Assembly (NCBI GenBank): GCA_951406725.2
Contig: OX597814.1
Span: 200,570,001-200,634,000, forward strand
DNA length: 64,000 nucleotides
Reading direction: 5' to 3'
DNA from: Octopus vulgaris
Lineage: Eukaryota
Shown: positions 38,735 to 50,658 of the stretch, in pieces
How positions within the stretch are numbered: the stretch's first letter is position 1
Layout of the letters: every line of letters starts with the position of its first letter
Notes under the pieces: generated by a model
The model's input: the letters and a program-made list of their open reading frames with translations, nothing else
Databases searched by the model: none
What the model was told of the DNA's origin: nothing
Position numbers and translations under genes: made by a program

Positions 38735-39590
38735 GCCTTTTCTTCGGTGCGGTTGTCTACTCCTTATGCAGAGTCTGACCACCTCATGGTGTCTGATGTG
38801 GCTTTTTAAACCAGACAATGTATTGAAAAGACACACACATAAATTGTATATCTGATCTGGACCACCAAGAGCTGCAGTTAAGTTCTGATCTTTGTGGATC
38901 TTATAATGTCTCTTGAGGCCTCCGTTAGATTTGCAGACCTTATGGCATACATGGCATTGAAAGGTGTACACAGATATATAGGCAGAATATTTGGAGAAGA
39001 CTTGTTTTTCATGGGTCCAGAAATGAGATTTGAGCCCAGCAAAAGAAAGGCATGGTCTGTCACCAACTGTGCACACAAAAAGGTCACTGAGATTCACCTT
39101 CTTGATCACAGCATACTTCTTTAAATCTCTCAAGTCTTGCATGTGTCATCTTGGCCTCCTCTAAAGCTTTCACTCCGACACACTTTTGTTCACCAACCAG
39201 CTCAATCCACAGCAAGGGTTTCTATGGCCTTTGGATCAATTCCAAATGACTTCATGGTAGTCCTTATATCATTCTTAAATCTCTTTTTAGATTTACACTG
39301 ATTGCGTCTCCCCTCTGCAAGCTCACCATGAAACAGGTGTTTGGGGTCAGTCATGGGAACAATATGCCTGGATCATCTCCTCTGATTTTTCAGAATCATT
39401 GATTTAATTGAAGTGATGCCTGCAGATGCAAAGACATCTGTGTTTGAAGTTAAAAAAGCCCCATTTAATGGTTAAAATGCTGCAAAGGCATTTTTGGTAA
39501 ACTGTTCTAGCTATTTGAAATGTCTTTCATAACATATCCATGTTTCAGAAGAATACCACAGGGATGGAAAGACAAAGACCTAAAGACCTA
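38735..39590 (-). mobile_element. RTE-clade LINE 3' portion (RT C-terminus plus three C2H2 zinc fingers), decayed
   Basis: Minus-strand translation VFPSLWYSSETWICYERHFK*LE...SNTDVFASAGITSIKSMILKNQRR...ELAEGRRNQCKSKKRFKND is a typical RTE C-terminus. It is followed by CTVG..C...LKSHFWTH, CHVCHKVCKSNGGLKRHYKIH and YNLC..F...LKSHIRHH. Confidence 0.85.
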
Positions 39591-39610
39591 ATTTCGTGTG
39601 TGTGTGTGTG

Positions 39611-39650
<40 letters not shown>

Positions 39651-39694
39651 TAGGAGCAGTGTTACATTATGTCTCTTCTGAGCTTTATAAAAGA

Positions 39695-40076
39695 CTAGCA
39701 GTATCGCCCGGTGTTGCTCAGGTTTGTAAGGGAAATAACTATAAAGCATTTTTAGAGAGTTATAGCCAAAAATAGCAAAAAAATGGGGGAAAATTATGGT
39801 AAATTTTTTTTGAGAGTTAAAAAAGGTCGAGTTGCGTCCCCTAGACAGTCTGTGGTTTGTGTTTCTGATTCTCGACCCCATGTCGAATTTATCGATTTTT
39901 TCAGAACTAGGGGAACTTTTCAAAATTTTCGCTGCGTTAGTTTTGAATTATGACATTGGGCTATGTGTGTGTCAAGTTTCATCAGAATCGGTTGAAAGCC
40001 ATGGTCAGGGTGAGGGTACAACCAAACAGACACACAGAAACACACACAGACAAACTCTTCTGAGCTTTATAAAAGA
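39695..40076 (-). mobile_element. Non-autonomous Helitron
   Basis: Minus strand starts A|TCTTTTATAAAG and ends with hairpin CCTGAGCAACACCGGG + CGATACTG + CTAG|T; (CA/CAGA)n lies near the 5' end. The 3' end is shared with 62065-62445. Confidence 0.88.
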
Positions 40077-40199
40077 TTAACAGTTGTTGGGGATTTGAGT
40101 ATTCTCTGCCCAATTTTTGTGATGCGGTCTTTGCTATACACAGAATGTATATATCTAAACAAGAAATCCTCAGTGATGGTAAGGCCTATCACTTGTTCT

Positions 40200-40600
40200 G
40201 GCAGCATGCTATCCATGTTCAAGGTTGTTTTTGTTTTTTGTATAGTATGTGTATGTATCTTGGTGTTTTCAAGATGTTTATATAGGAAGCTTGAGGGCAG
40301 AAGGTTAAGGAGTAATGAAGTTGATATCTACATGGTAATGGTTGCAAGTAAACTACAAAGAAAGCAGGAGATAAAACTAAACGTGGGGGCACACCAGTAC
40401 TGACAGAGTGTAGGTCAGAGTGAGCTCCATCAGCACACACTGTGATGGAACAATCTGACAGGAAGTCATTGATACAAGAAACAGCTGGTGTCCCCAAGAT
40501 GAGGCTTATGTGCCAGACACAGTTTTCACCAAATTTCTTATGAGAGGGAACCTACTGATCAGTGACAGTCTGCATCATTTTTGAAATGTTAAAAGTGATG
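40200..40600 (-). mobile_element. Decayed CR1-like RT fragment
   Basis: CINDFLSDCSITVCADGAHSDLHSVSTGVPPRLVLSP matches the RT motif WI..FLS.R...V.VDG..S...V..GVPQGSVL.P. Confidence 0.75.
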
Positions 40601-41007
40601 ATAAGTGAACCTAATGAAGTTAAAAACATAGCTTTGGGGATTTAGTTAGGATGTGCTGTGTGGAGTTAGCACATAACAAGCAGTAAATATGGAGGCTTTC
40701 TCTGTGAGAATGGCTCCTCAAACTATTATGGCTGAGAAGTGTAGAAGTCACTTAAATAGCAACTTTAATCCCCAATGTAGTGTTGTTACTTACTGTATAG
40801 GTTTTAGAATAATGAATGTAAAGTCAACTTTGGCAGGATTTGAAAGTGGAAATGTATTATATTGCACATCATTAAACTCTAGATCACTGCCAAAACAGTG
40901 ATATAACCACACACACAAAAAAATCAACAAAAATATCCTGTAAAGCAGATCAACTTGAAAATCAATGAAAATAAGAGTTGTCTATGTTATTCTATAACAT
41001 ATTGTAG

Positions 41008-41155
41008 TGAAGGTACATGGTTTAGTGGCTAGGGTATTTAGCTCACAATCCTAAGGTTGTGAGTTCGATTCCTGCCTGTGCATTGTGTCCCTGAGCAAGA
41101 AACTATTTCACATTCCTCCAGTCCACTCATCTGGCAAAAATCAGCCCTGTCACAA
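41008..41155 (+). mobile_element. SINE family C, 5' half
   Basis: TGGTTTAGTGGCTAGG, GAGTTCGATTCC and CCTCCAGTCCACTCATCTGGCAAAAAT segments. Confidence 0.75.
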
Positions 41156-42265
41156 CCAGCAGAAGCCGTTCAAGAATTTGGACCTGGAGATCTCCATTTC
41201 CAGCTACTTCGAGGGCTACCTTCCAGTGGTGACGGGCATCAATGAAGAGCCCTCAACTACAAGACGACTAAAGTCTTTTTTTCCTGCCCCAAGCTCTGAG
41301 GTCTCCCGCCCCTAAGCCCTAGACCATCACCTAATCACCCTTACTCATCTTGTTGCTTAACAACAACAACAATCAGCAGAATACCAGTTACAAGATACTG
41401 TTGTAAGTGTTGTGTTTAGTGTAAGCCTTTATGTTTGACTTAGTTTTTAATACAGCCACAATGTATTTCTAAGTACCAAAACTGAAAAGGTTTTCATAGC
41501 TAAATATTTTTGAAGTAACAATTCTTCCAAAGAATTTATAACATAATTTTTTGAGAAGTGCTATTCCTCAAAGTATATGATTAAAACACTATAAGACATA
41601 GAAGAGCTAAAAGAGAATAATAGGAAAGCAGAATGAGAAAAAAATTTGAAAAATATGGAAAGAAAGTTGCTACATTACATTCATAAATCAAGTTTAAACC
41701 TCAGGGATTGAACTTCTGCAACTGTTCAATGTTTTATGTAATGTGAATCACATGTTACGCATACAGAAATCTCCATAGAAGCAAAAGCGTAATTTCACTG
41801 CAAGTGTTTAAAGTATATGACAATATAAAAATGGTTACGTTGAATATTAAAAATAACGATAGTAATGCAAGTAGATCTATGCATGAAACTAAAACTAAAG
41901 CAAAAATGAGCTGGATAACATTTTTTTTTCTACTCATGAACTTAATTCATTGACAAGGTTCCATCAGATGCTTCAACAGATAAGCATTAGATACAGTACT
42001 TACTGCTTTGCCAATCTCACAAAGAGATATAGATTGCTGTTGCATAAACTAATCAACACTGCTTAAGGAGACTAATGATATGGAGGTAGCCAAGTGAAAA
42101 CTTGAGAGCAACCTGCAGATTAAGAAATCTGGTTTATACAAGTATCAGATGATATCTGAAGAATCATTTGTAGTAAAAATAAAATATTTCAGAAATGTTG
42201 TACCACATCATTTTATTTATATACTAGCAGTATAACCCATCATTGATCAGTCACATTCGAAGTGT

Positions 42266-42348
<83 letters not shown>
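42266..42348. repeat. (TA)n(GA)n compound microsatellite
   Basis: Directly visible in the sequence. Confidence 0.95.
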
Positions 42349-42351
<3 letters not shown>

Positions 42352-42523
42352 TTACTCCTCCTGTATGTGTGTATTTTATAAGAAAAAATATGTAATAACT
42401 GAAGTAGAAAAAAAGAACAATTTCATACGTGAACTTGTGTTTGTTTATTATATGACAATAATAAGTGAGTTGTATCTGTTATTTTATATATCAATACAGT
42501 AATGGCAATTATATAATACATAA

Positions 42524-42640
42524 GGCTTTGGTCAGCACAGAACTGTAATGAAAGAGAATTGCCCAAAGTGCTGCACAGTGGGACTGAACCCAAACTGACA
42601 TGGTTGGAAAGCAAGCTTCTCAACCACAGAGCCATGCCTA
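42524..42640 (-). mobile_element. SINE family A head fragment
   Basis: GTGGGACTGAACCC...CAACCACAGAGCCATGCC is the reverse complement of the family A head. Confidence 0.75.
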
Positions 42641-42766
42641 TAAAGGAGAGACACATTTTGGATAATATACTCAATACAATATGCTTAACAAAAAGATGAG
42701 ATGTTTACGGCATGAAGACCTTTGATTTTAATATTTGTTTGAGCAATGCAACAATGCCACACCATA

Positions 42767-43221
42767 TAAGGTGTTCCAGAATTAACAATTTGTTTCAATG
42801 AAAGTGAGCAAATTTTTTTTAAAAACTGACAGAATTTTATGTTTATTACCAAAACAAATAGATTTATATTTATAAATCTTACATCAAACTTTTATTGAAA
42901 TTTTTCAACATGTCTGTATCCCTGCATACTTCAAATCTCTCCCTAGTGTTGTGAAACACATTTTAAAGCATTTCAGGAGTTAGGTGCTGCACTTCTAACT
43001 GAATATGTTCTTTAAGCTCAGCTAAACAATTGCTTTAACTTGGGGATGGAGGTAAAGAAAATGATTGTTGCCAAATTGAAAAAAGCTGTCATGGACAAAT
43101 AAGAGGGGTCCAACAGGAATGAAAATAAAATTATAAACAAAATTCAAACTTTATACACAAGAGAGTTTTAAAAAAATGCATCCGATTTCACTCAAATCAT
43201 CCTTAATTCTGGGACCCCCTG
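42767..43221. mobile_element. Old Tc1/mariner-type MITE
   Basis: Left TA|TAAGGTGTTCCAGAATTAA, right TTAATTCTGGGACCCCCTG|TA; degenerate TIR similarity extends about 60 bp. Confidence 0.55.
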
Positions 43222-43504
43222 TATTTAATCATGTGACTAAACAGGGGAAGGAACACAGGTGAAGGGGGGGATAATTGCAGGTAGCAAATATAGCTTCTGG
43301 AAGTGGTCATGCGATCAAACTCAAATGGCTGTGAATTACAACAGCAGTTTGATTTTTTGTATCAACATTTTGTATTATGTAGTTCAGACATAGATGACAA
43401 AGAAAGCAGACATGCTGCTGGGCTATGCTGCATTGCACAGGATTGGAAATGTGAAACATCAACAGGACACCTCTGAAGAATGGATGAATGGGTTTGTTGT
43501 GCCT

Positions 43505-43848
43505 TCACCCAGCCACACACGCATAGCCCAGTGGTACACTGGGCTATGTGCATGAAGCATCAACAGGATGCCAACAAAAATTTTAATGTTCTTCTCACTT
43601 CCTCTGCTAAACTGGACAAAAAGGTTTTTATGAAATATTATACACTACTTATAATGCATAAGCAGCATCAAGTGTCAATATTTTGAGTCAACAGCCATTC
43701 GAGGAGCCCGATTAATGTCTGTTGCAAATTTGGAGGAAAGCGACTGGACACTCAAGTTACAGGCCTTAACACTGAAAATGCTTAAAAAAATGACATGTCA
43801 AACACACAGACAGACACACATCCTGTGTTTTATATATATATGTATAGA
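43505..43848 (-). mobile_element. Old Helitron-like non-autonomous element
   Basis: Perfect 12-bp hairpin CATAGCCCAGTG-GTA-CACTGGGCTATG near one end. GCAAATTTGG...CACACAGACAGACACAC...TTTTATATATA..GAT at the other end has the same layout as the 39.7 kb and 62 kb Helitrons. The terminal CTAG is not intact. Confidence 0.5.
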
Positions 43849-44049
43849 TATAGGTATACTGTCCTATGCTAAAGACAGTATGAAGTTTGTTGAAGGGAAT
43901 GTAGATATCATAATAAATCAAATGAAAATTTGTCTAGGTTTAAATATAAAACACTGTTGCTTGCTCATAACATCTAAAATTAAATTAACCACTCAATATT
44001 TTTGTTTATTATTTCACTACCATGTTCATTACCTAGCTTTCAGTTTTTT

Positions 44050-44405
44050 TCTTTTACTTGTTTCAGTCATTAGACTATGGCCATGCTGGGGGTTTTTAGT
44101 TGAATTAATCTACCCCAGTACTTATTTTTCTTTTAAACCCAATACTTATTCTATCAGTCAGTTTTGCTGAACCACCAAGTTACAGGGACATAAACACACC
44201 AACACCGGTTGTCAAGCAGTAGGCGACAAACACAGATACACATACACAAGAGGTTTCTTTCAGTTTCCATCTACCAAATTCACTCACAAAGTTTTGGTCA
44301 GCCTGGGGCTATAGTACAAGACACTTGTCCAAGTTTCCACACAGTGGAACTCAACCCAGAACCATGTGGTCGGGAGGCAATCTTCTTACTACACATCAAC
44401 ACCTG
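44050..44405 (-). mobile_element. SINE family A
   Basis: CTTTTACTTGTTTCAGTCATT (tail, reverse complement) through GAACCATGTGGT (head, reverse complement). Confidence 0.85.
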
Positions 44406-47400
44406 TTTCTCTAAGATGTTTCAATAAAAACACTGGACACCATAATATCAGATGCCTTGAACAAGCAACAAAGTCAAATTAACCACCACATAGCATTTTT
44501 GTTTCTTCCAATTTCAATGCTACCTTCATTTTCATTGTTAACTGCATTGTTTCTCTGAGACATTCCATTACCATAAAGTTGCCGATGCACCAAATTCTTG
44601 TCCCACATTTAGAAAATGTACGCAGAAACTTCTCTTTCCCAGAAGGGCTTTGCTTACAATGTAAAACACTTCCCTTCACATTGCATATGAACTCAAAGTA
44701 ATTCTACCTTTAATCCAATAACTACAATATTTCCCTATGCAGCATACCAGTTTCTTTTGATACTGCTTTTACATGTATAAATATAAACGGATGAAATAAG
44801 CTGAAATATCTAAAGTTTTAAATCATTGCTTTATAATTTAATTTCTACTAGGTTAAAAACTTAGATCTCTTTCAAAGGAGATCATTAAAATCTCCTAATA
44901 AGACTTCTATATCATTATCTTTTTACCTTCTCAGAGTAAAAGTTTTGCATTCTTTATATGCACATTTTCTTTGCAATTTAAAACACCTATAGAAGCAAGA
45001 TATTCATACATGTAATTCTATGATATAAATTTTTATAACTGAGCTGATATGGTTATCTTTATAGCAATGTGGAATATCTTTTTATATACTTGCTATAAAA
45101 GAAAGCTTACTTTTCAGAAAAAAGAAAATGAATTTTGTAACATTGCATATAATATCATATAGCTTGGTATACAATTTCACACAAAATTATGGTTTCAAAT
45201 AGAAAGACTAAAATAAAAAGACAGACTTGCTTTGTCTAAAACCACAATTCAATATTAATGATTGATATGACAGCAAAACCAAAAAGAAAAATGCATTGTG
45301 ATGATGTTCAACATGTCTAAAAATATAAAATTTACTAATTAGGATCAGAGGAAAAATGTATGTTGGATCATAATAAATATTATAGAAGGATTTTGTGTGG
45401 CAATCTTTTATCTCCAAATTCAATGCTTTGAAATAGCAATGAATAAATTGAATCTGTTGAAGATAAATGACATCAGAATGTGTGTTTATATAAGTGTATA
45501 TGTATAGGCATGTATGTATGCTGGTGTGTGTGTGTGCAAATACCTAAGCATGGATATATACACATATATACGGACACACATACATATATATACATGTGCA
45601 TGCATGTATATGCACACAAACATATATAAGATATTAACAAAAGTGGAGTACAAATAACTTTTTTTTTTCAGTTTACTATGACAGCACAAAAGAAATATCT
45701 TAACAGATGAAAATATGCTGCATCATAGAATACACAATGATTCCTTCATATTTCTTATCTATAAAGAAAACGAAACAAAAATATCTCTGAAGAGAAGCTT
45801 TCCTGCACAAATTTGACTACAAAGAAATAACAATCTTTGATTATTTTCATATGTAATAATAACATTCCAACACATTTAAGTTCCATTTAGACATATTTCT
45901 TGAATACATAAATATACTGCATTCATTGATTGCGAGATAAAACATTCTTGGAGATATAATGCTATATTATTATTATTATTATTAACTTAAAACTTATCAG
46001 TCACCAAAGCCCAAATCAGAAGAAAACTAAACAATGAGTCAGTATTTATTAGCAGTTTGCATCTTTTCATTTACTCAGTTCATCAGTAATAATTTGATTC
46101 TCTGACAGAAAATTTATCTTCCCTACTGATTTCAATTGATAGCTTTACTCTCGAGTGAATGTCAGTATAATGTTCAGAAAAGATAGTTTCATTGTACTAA
46201 AAGTTTAGTTTCTTGTCTATGAGAAGATTCAGTGCCAAACTCATTAGTTAGTTTATTCAGAAAGAAAGTCAAAACACAGCTGCATATTTATTTAAATCAA
46301 AGTAGTAGATAAATCTGAGGTTAATTATAAAGGATGAACATAATGTTCAATAGATTCGAAAGCAATTAGTTTTTGTTGCCTTCTCCTTCATTCATTCATC
46401 AAATATCTACGAACATCAAAATAAATGGTTGAATACATGTCAGCTGGGAACCATGTAATGAACTACTACTGACGTAAGTTATTGACTCGTATAGCAAACA
46501 CATCTTTTAAGGAATATAATTGCCAACTAACTTAACAATAAGCACAAATACCTAAGTGTTCCAACCAATATCTAATCAAATAAATTATGCCCCGTTACAG
46601 AAATGTGATAATCACTGGAAATATGAGAAATTGGCATTGAAACCATTATAGGGAATTTTTTATTGAGTGAACTAACATGCTAACTTAACAAATACATTTT
46701 GCATCGAATAGAAAAGTACTTATTATTATTTCAGAAAAGAAATGTAAAAGCGTTCACTTGTAAAGAAATTGAGGTTGGCCAATTGGTTAATATGGTTAAA
46801 ATGTTTGTATTGCTATCACAAGATTCCCAGTTCAATTCTACTCTGCTGCACTGTAGAAGCTTGTTTCTCCCCTCCCCTTCCCCACTCAGACAAGTGGATC
46901 CCACTTCTTATAGACATACCATCTCATTCTAACCAACATCACCCTAGTCATCTTTGCCATCATCCACATAAACCTGTTTTATCTGTCTCCCACTCTTCCC
47001 CAATCTCTTGCAATCTTTAAATACCACCGCCACCTCTTCATCTTCCTATCACTCAATCCTGCCAATATTCTTCTATCTTCCATATCATTCTGCTGCTGCA
47101 ATGGAAGCAAAACCTTTTACAAAAAAATCATTTCATATCACCATTTCATATCATAATTTCTATATTACCAGTCACCACACCCTCTCCCTTGAGCTACTTC
47201 CATTTAACATCTGTCCATTCTTGCCATCCTTCTACTCATATTTACTATCAATCATCCATTTTCACCATTCACGACATTCACCTCCTATATACACTTGACC
47301 ACCTCCATACCATGTTTATAGTAATCTCTCACTCTTACATGCTTGCAACCTTACCGACTCCTGCTGATTCTCCTATTATTTATGCTCTCTTCCAGTCACC

Positions 47401-48019
47401 ATTTTGTATATGTTACCATGTGGGTATGTTCTGACATCTAATGACCAACATATTTACCTCTCTCCATGACACCACTGCAACCAAACCAACTTACCCATGT
47501 AAAATCCCAAGTAGCCATGAAACTCCCCCACAACAAACATGTCCCTACTCCCACCATTATGCACTTCACATAAAGTACTTCTTCACATCATTCTCCTTTT
47601 CAAGCAAAGAGTTTCTTTAGTCTTGTGAGTTACAAGGCAACTTCAATAAAAAAAAAAGTCTCGTTATATTCTATAAAGTGGTTGGCATTAGGAAGAGCAT
47701 CTAAATATAAAAACTGTGCCAAAACTGAGACACTGTAGCAAGATATGGTCCTCCAAACTTTTGGTTCCTGTCTAACTGATCAAACTATGCTAGCATGGAC
47801 AGCAGATGTAAAAAATGATTTTTAAGATATATAAACTCAGTGAGATATAATGCATTTAACATTTGTTATATATTCCATACTAGAATATTCAAAATCTATC
47901 ATTTAAATAATTATTAGTTGCTGACTAAAAAAAAAGGAAAATACTATAGTATGGTAAGTAAACAATGTATGTACGTATAAAGAGAGAGAGAGATAATTAT
48001 ATATATATATATATATATA

Positions 48020-48203
48020 GTTAATCCAAACAAGAAAGCACAAAAAACACAACAATGCGAGGACGTGGAACAAATATAGTATTATTGGACGCTCAGGAAA
48101 GAAGGAGGGTTTAACATTTCGAGCGGAGCTCTTCGTCGGAAACATAGGAGAAGGAAAGACAGAGGAAAATAAAATTGCCAACAGTACACACGAGGTCACA
48201 TTT
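48020..48203 (-). mobile_element. Penelope-like terminal-repeat fragment in (TA)n
   Basis: CpG-containing ~180-bp island flanked by (TA)n and carrying a minimal hammerhead-like motif; the PLE assignment is inferred from that architecture. Confidence 0.6.
48109..48143 (-). ncRNA. Minimal type I hammerhead-ribozyme-like motif
   Basis: Minus strand reads GTTT CCGACGA A GAGC-TCC-GCTC GAAA TG TT|AAAC. Stem I is GUUU/AAAC and stem II is a 4-bp hairpin. Stem III is reduced to A(C>T)GT, which is palindromic if a CpG decay is reverted. Confidence 0.65.
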
Positions 48204-48219
48204 TATGTATATATATATG

Positions 48220-48570
48220 GTTTTGTTCTAAGAAGCTTGCTTCCAAACAATGTGGTTTCAGGTTCAATCGTATTGTGTGGCACCTTGAATAGTTGTTTCT
48301 GTGACCCCATCACAACCAGGGCTTTGTGTTGGTAAATGGAAACAGGAGAAGTCTACTGTATATGTGTGTGTCCTTGTCTTTATGTCACATGACAGTTGTA
48401 AACAAGAGTCACTGTCATTCACACAATGTTCTTTGTTTCCAATTTTCTGTGTAAACATGTCTAGTCATGGGAAACATTTACCTTGCTTGAAAACAAATGA
48501 CGGTCAATGACAGAAAAGGCAGCCAATCTTAGAGAATCTACATGAACAGATTCTGTCAGACCCATGTGAA
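48220..48570 (+). mobile_element. SINE family A variant, degenerate
   Basis: AAGAAGCTTGCTTCCAAACAATGTGGTTTCAGGTTCAATC head; body homologous to 16131-16575. Confidence 0.65.
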
Positions 48571-49180
48571 AAGAAAAGCTAAAATAATGATTTTTAGATC
48601 CAAACCGAGAGAGATGAGTAAAGAAGTGTCATTGCAGTTCAACAACAAAACAGAACATTAAAAGCATTATCAAAACTAATGACAAATGATATCAATAAAA
48701 AACAGATCAAAATATGCATAGTAAAGATGGAAAACATCAGCAGTGAAAGTAGTATCAACAATATCAATAACAATATTGTAGCAGGTATAAAACTCAATAT
48801 AATAAGGAAAGTAGCTACAGTGACAACCAACCAAATCAGATCCAAACATGAAAACAAACAATTGCTATTTACTTTGTTCTCTGTATATATAAATCTGAAA
48901 ACGAAAGCTCAAAGACACAGCTAATGGTTAGAAATTTGTTGAGGCACTAGATTTGAATAGCATAGTGGACAATTAGAAATTCCTTTGGGAGAACTAACTC
49001 TGAGCTACAGACCGATTCTATTATTGGTGTAAAGTTCTGGCCAGACTGCAAGTGAAGTGGTAGAACAGTGAAGTAGATGAAGCTATAAAAGCTAAAAGAC
49101 ATCCTGGAAAAAACTGGAAATATGGTAGCAGCTGAGAATTGTATCAAGTACCCAGAAGAGAAGCTAGGCAACAGCTTTAA

Positions 49181-49407
49181 CCCTTTAGTGTTCAGATTAT
49201 TCTCTCAAATGTGATGTTTGTTTATTTATATTGTTTTGAATTAATCATGCATTATCTTGTAGTTTAGAGATTGCAGTGATGTGGGTTTTTTAGTTTTAGA
49301 ATGACATGGTAGGGCTGAGGTAAGAGGCAAGCTCTGGTCAGTTTCAATATAAAACAGGTTAAATATTCTGGCCGGATATGGCCGGTTTGAATGCTAAATA
49401 TATAGGG
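49181..49407. mobile_element. piggyBac-type MITE
   Basis: TTAA|CCCTTTAGTGTTCA ... TGAATGCTAAA(tata-like insertion)GGG|TTAT. Confidence 0.65.
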
Positions 49408-49779
49408 TTATATAGAAAATGGAGAAGCAGAAAGTAGATTTGCCAATATTTTACAATGTTTTTTACAGTTATGACAGTCTGTTAAACATGGAGAATGTTT
49501 GAGATACAGAGGGTCTTCTTAGCAAAGAATTAAATTCTAGGAAGAAAGACAACAGGAACTCTCTTCCAATCAAATAGAAGAGAGTTCTCAATATGTAGGA
49601 AAAATATAAGAGGGAATTCTATACAATCTATAGAATTCACTGTGCAAGCTACGGACACACAAGACATGCAGTGGAATCACAGGTAGGTTAACAGAAAATG
49701 TATTCTTTGTATGTGGAAGAAGCACAGGAACAATAAACACTAAGGAGATATAGGGAAGATTTTCTCAAATCCTATGAAG

Positions 49780-50240
49780 GCTCTTTAAAGAGTTTCTGTG
49801 TATCTAGGAAACCTAATTAGCAGTGGAGGACGATGTTCTGAAAGTATTGTTGAGAGAATAAGAATAGGATGGAAGAAGTTCAGAAAGCTACTACCTCTGT
49901 TGGCAATAAATTTCTCTCTTGTTCTTTCAGAAAAATTAGGCAGATTATATAACGTTTGTGTGTGAACAGCAATACTACATGGTAGTCAGACTTGGGCCCT
50001 GAATGCAGAGAACATGTGAAGATTAGAAAAGAATGAAGCTAGTACGCTCATGTGCAAGATCAGTGTGTATAGTTAATCGACTACGTGCATATATTTAGAG
50101 AGAAAAATTAGGCACAAGAGGAATCAGATGTAGCATGCAAGAGAGAAGACTGCACTAGTTTGGTCATGTGATACATATGGATGAGGATAGCTGTATAATG
50201 AAGTGCCAATCACTTGAAATTTATGGGACTTGTGGCATTG
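49780..50240 (+). mobile_element. Decayed RTE LINE RT C-terminus
   Basis: RIRIGWKKFRKLLPLL...GRLYNVCV*TAILHGSQTWALN...LREKLGTRGIRCSMQERRLH*FGHV, homologous to ORF 53000-53260. Confidence 0.85.
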
Positions 50241-50509
50241 GTAATTGACTATGTGGCAAAAGTGAGTTCCTAAAATCATTGTTTTTACAGAAACTTTCTT
50301 CTTGCTCTCACTATCAAAACCGCACCAATTAAAGCATTGGCAGCCTGTAACATATAATATTATAGTTCACTTACTGCTATATAAAGTAAATCTACAATAA
50401 TGTAGAAATCTGCTTATTTATTAGTTTGGAGTATATAACTTTTACTAGAATAAACCAATTGTTGGAGACAAAACTCTAGAAAATTCTTATAAAGCATCCA
50501 CTTGACTTC

Positions 50510-50658
50510 TAGAGTGGTTGGCATTAGGATGGGCATCCAGCCATAGAAACCATGCCAAATCAGATTGGAACCTGGTGCAGCTCCCTGGCTTACCAGTTTT
50601 CAGTCAAACTGTCCAACCCATGCCAGCATAGAAAACAGACATATGATGGTGATGATGA
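50510..50658 (+). mobile_element. RTE-type 3' tail
   Basis: GAGTGGTTGGCATTAGGATGGGCATCCAGCC...CCCATGCCAGCATAGAAAACAGAC(GAT)n. Confidence 0.8.

Noticed and set aside
38417-39142. 241-aa ORF as a host zinc-finger gene
   Set aside because: The fingers continue an RTE ORF. The C-terminal half is read-through into the antisense of another RTE-like fragment (~38480-38710, +), and there are no TGEKP linkers.
44479-44710. Cys-rich minus-strand stretch reminiscent of a transposase C-terminal CXC domain
   Set aside because: Needs several frameshifts and substitutions to fit; not supportable by eye.
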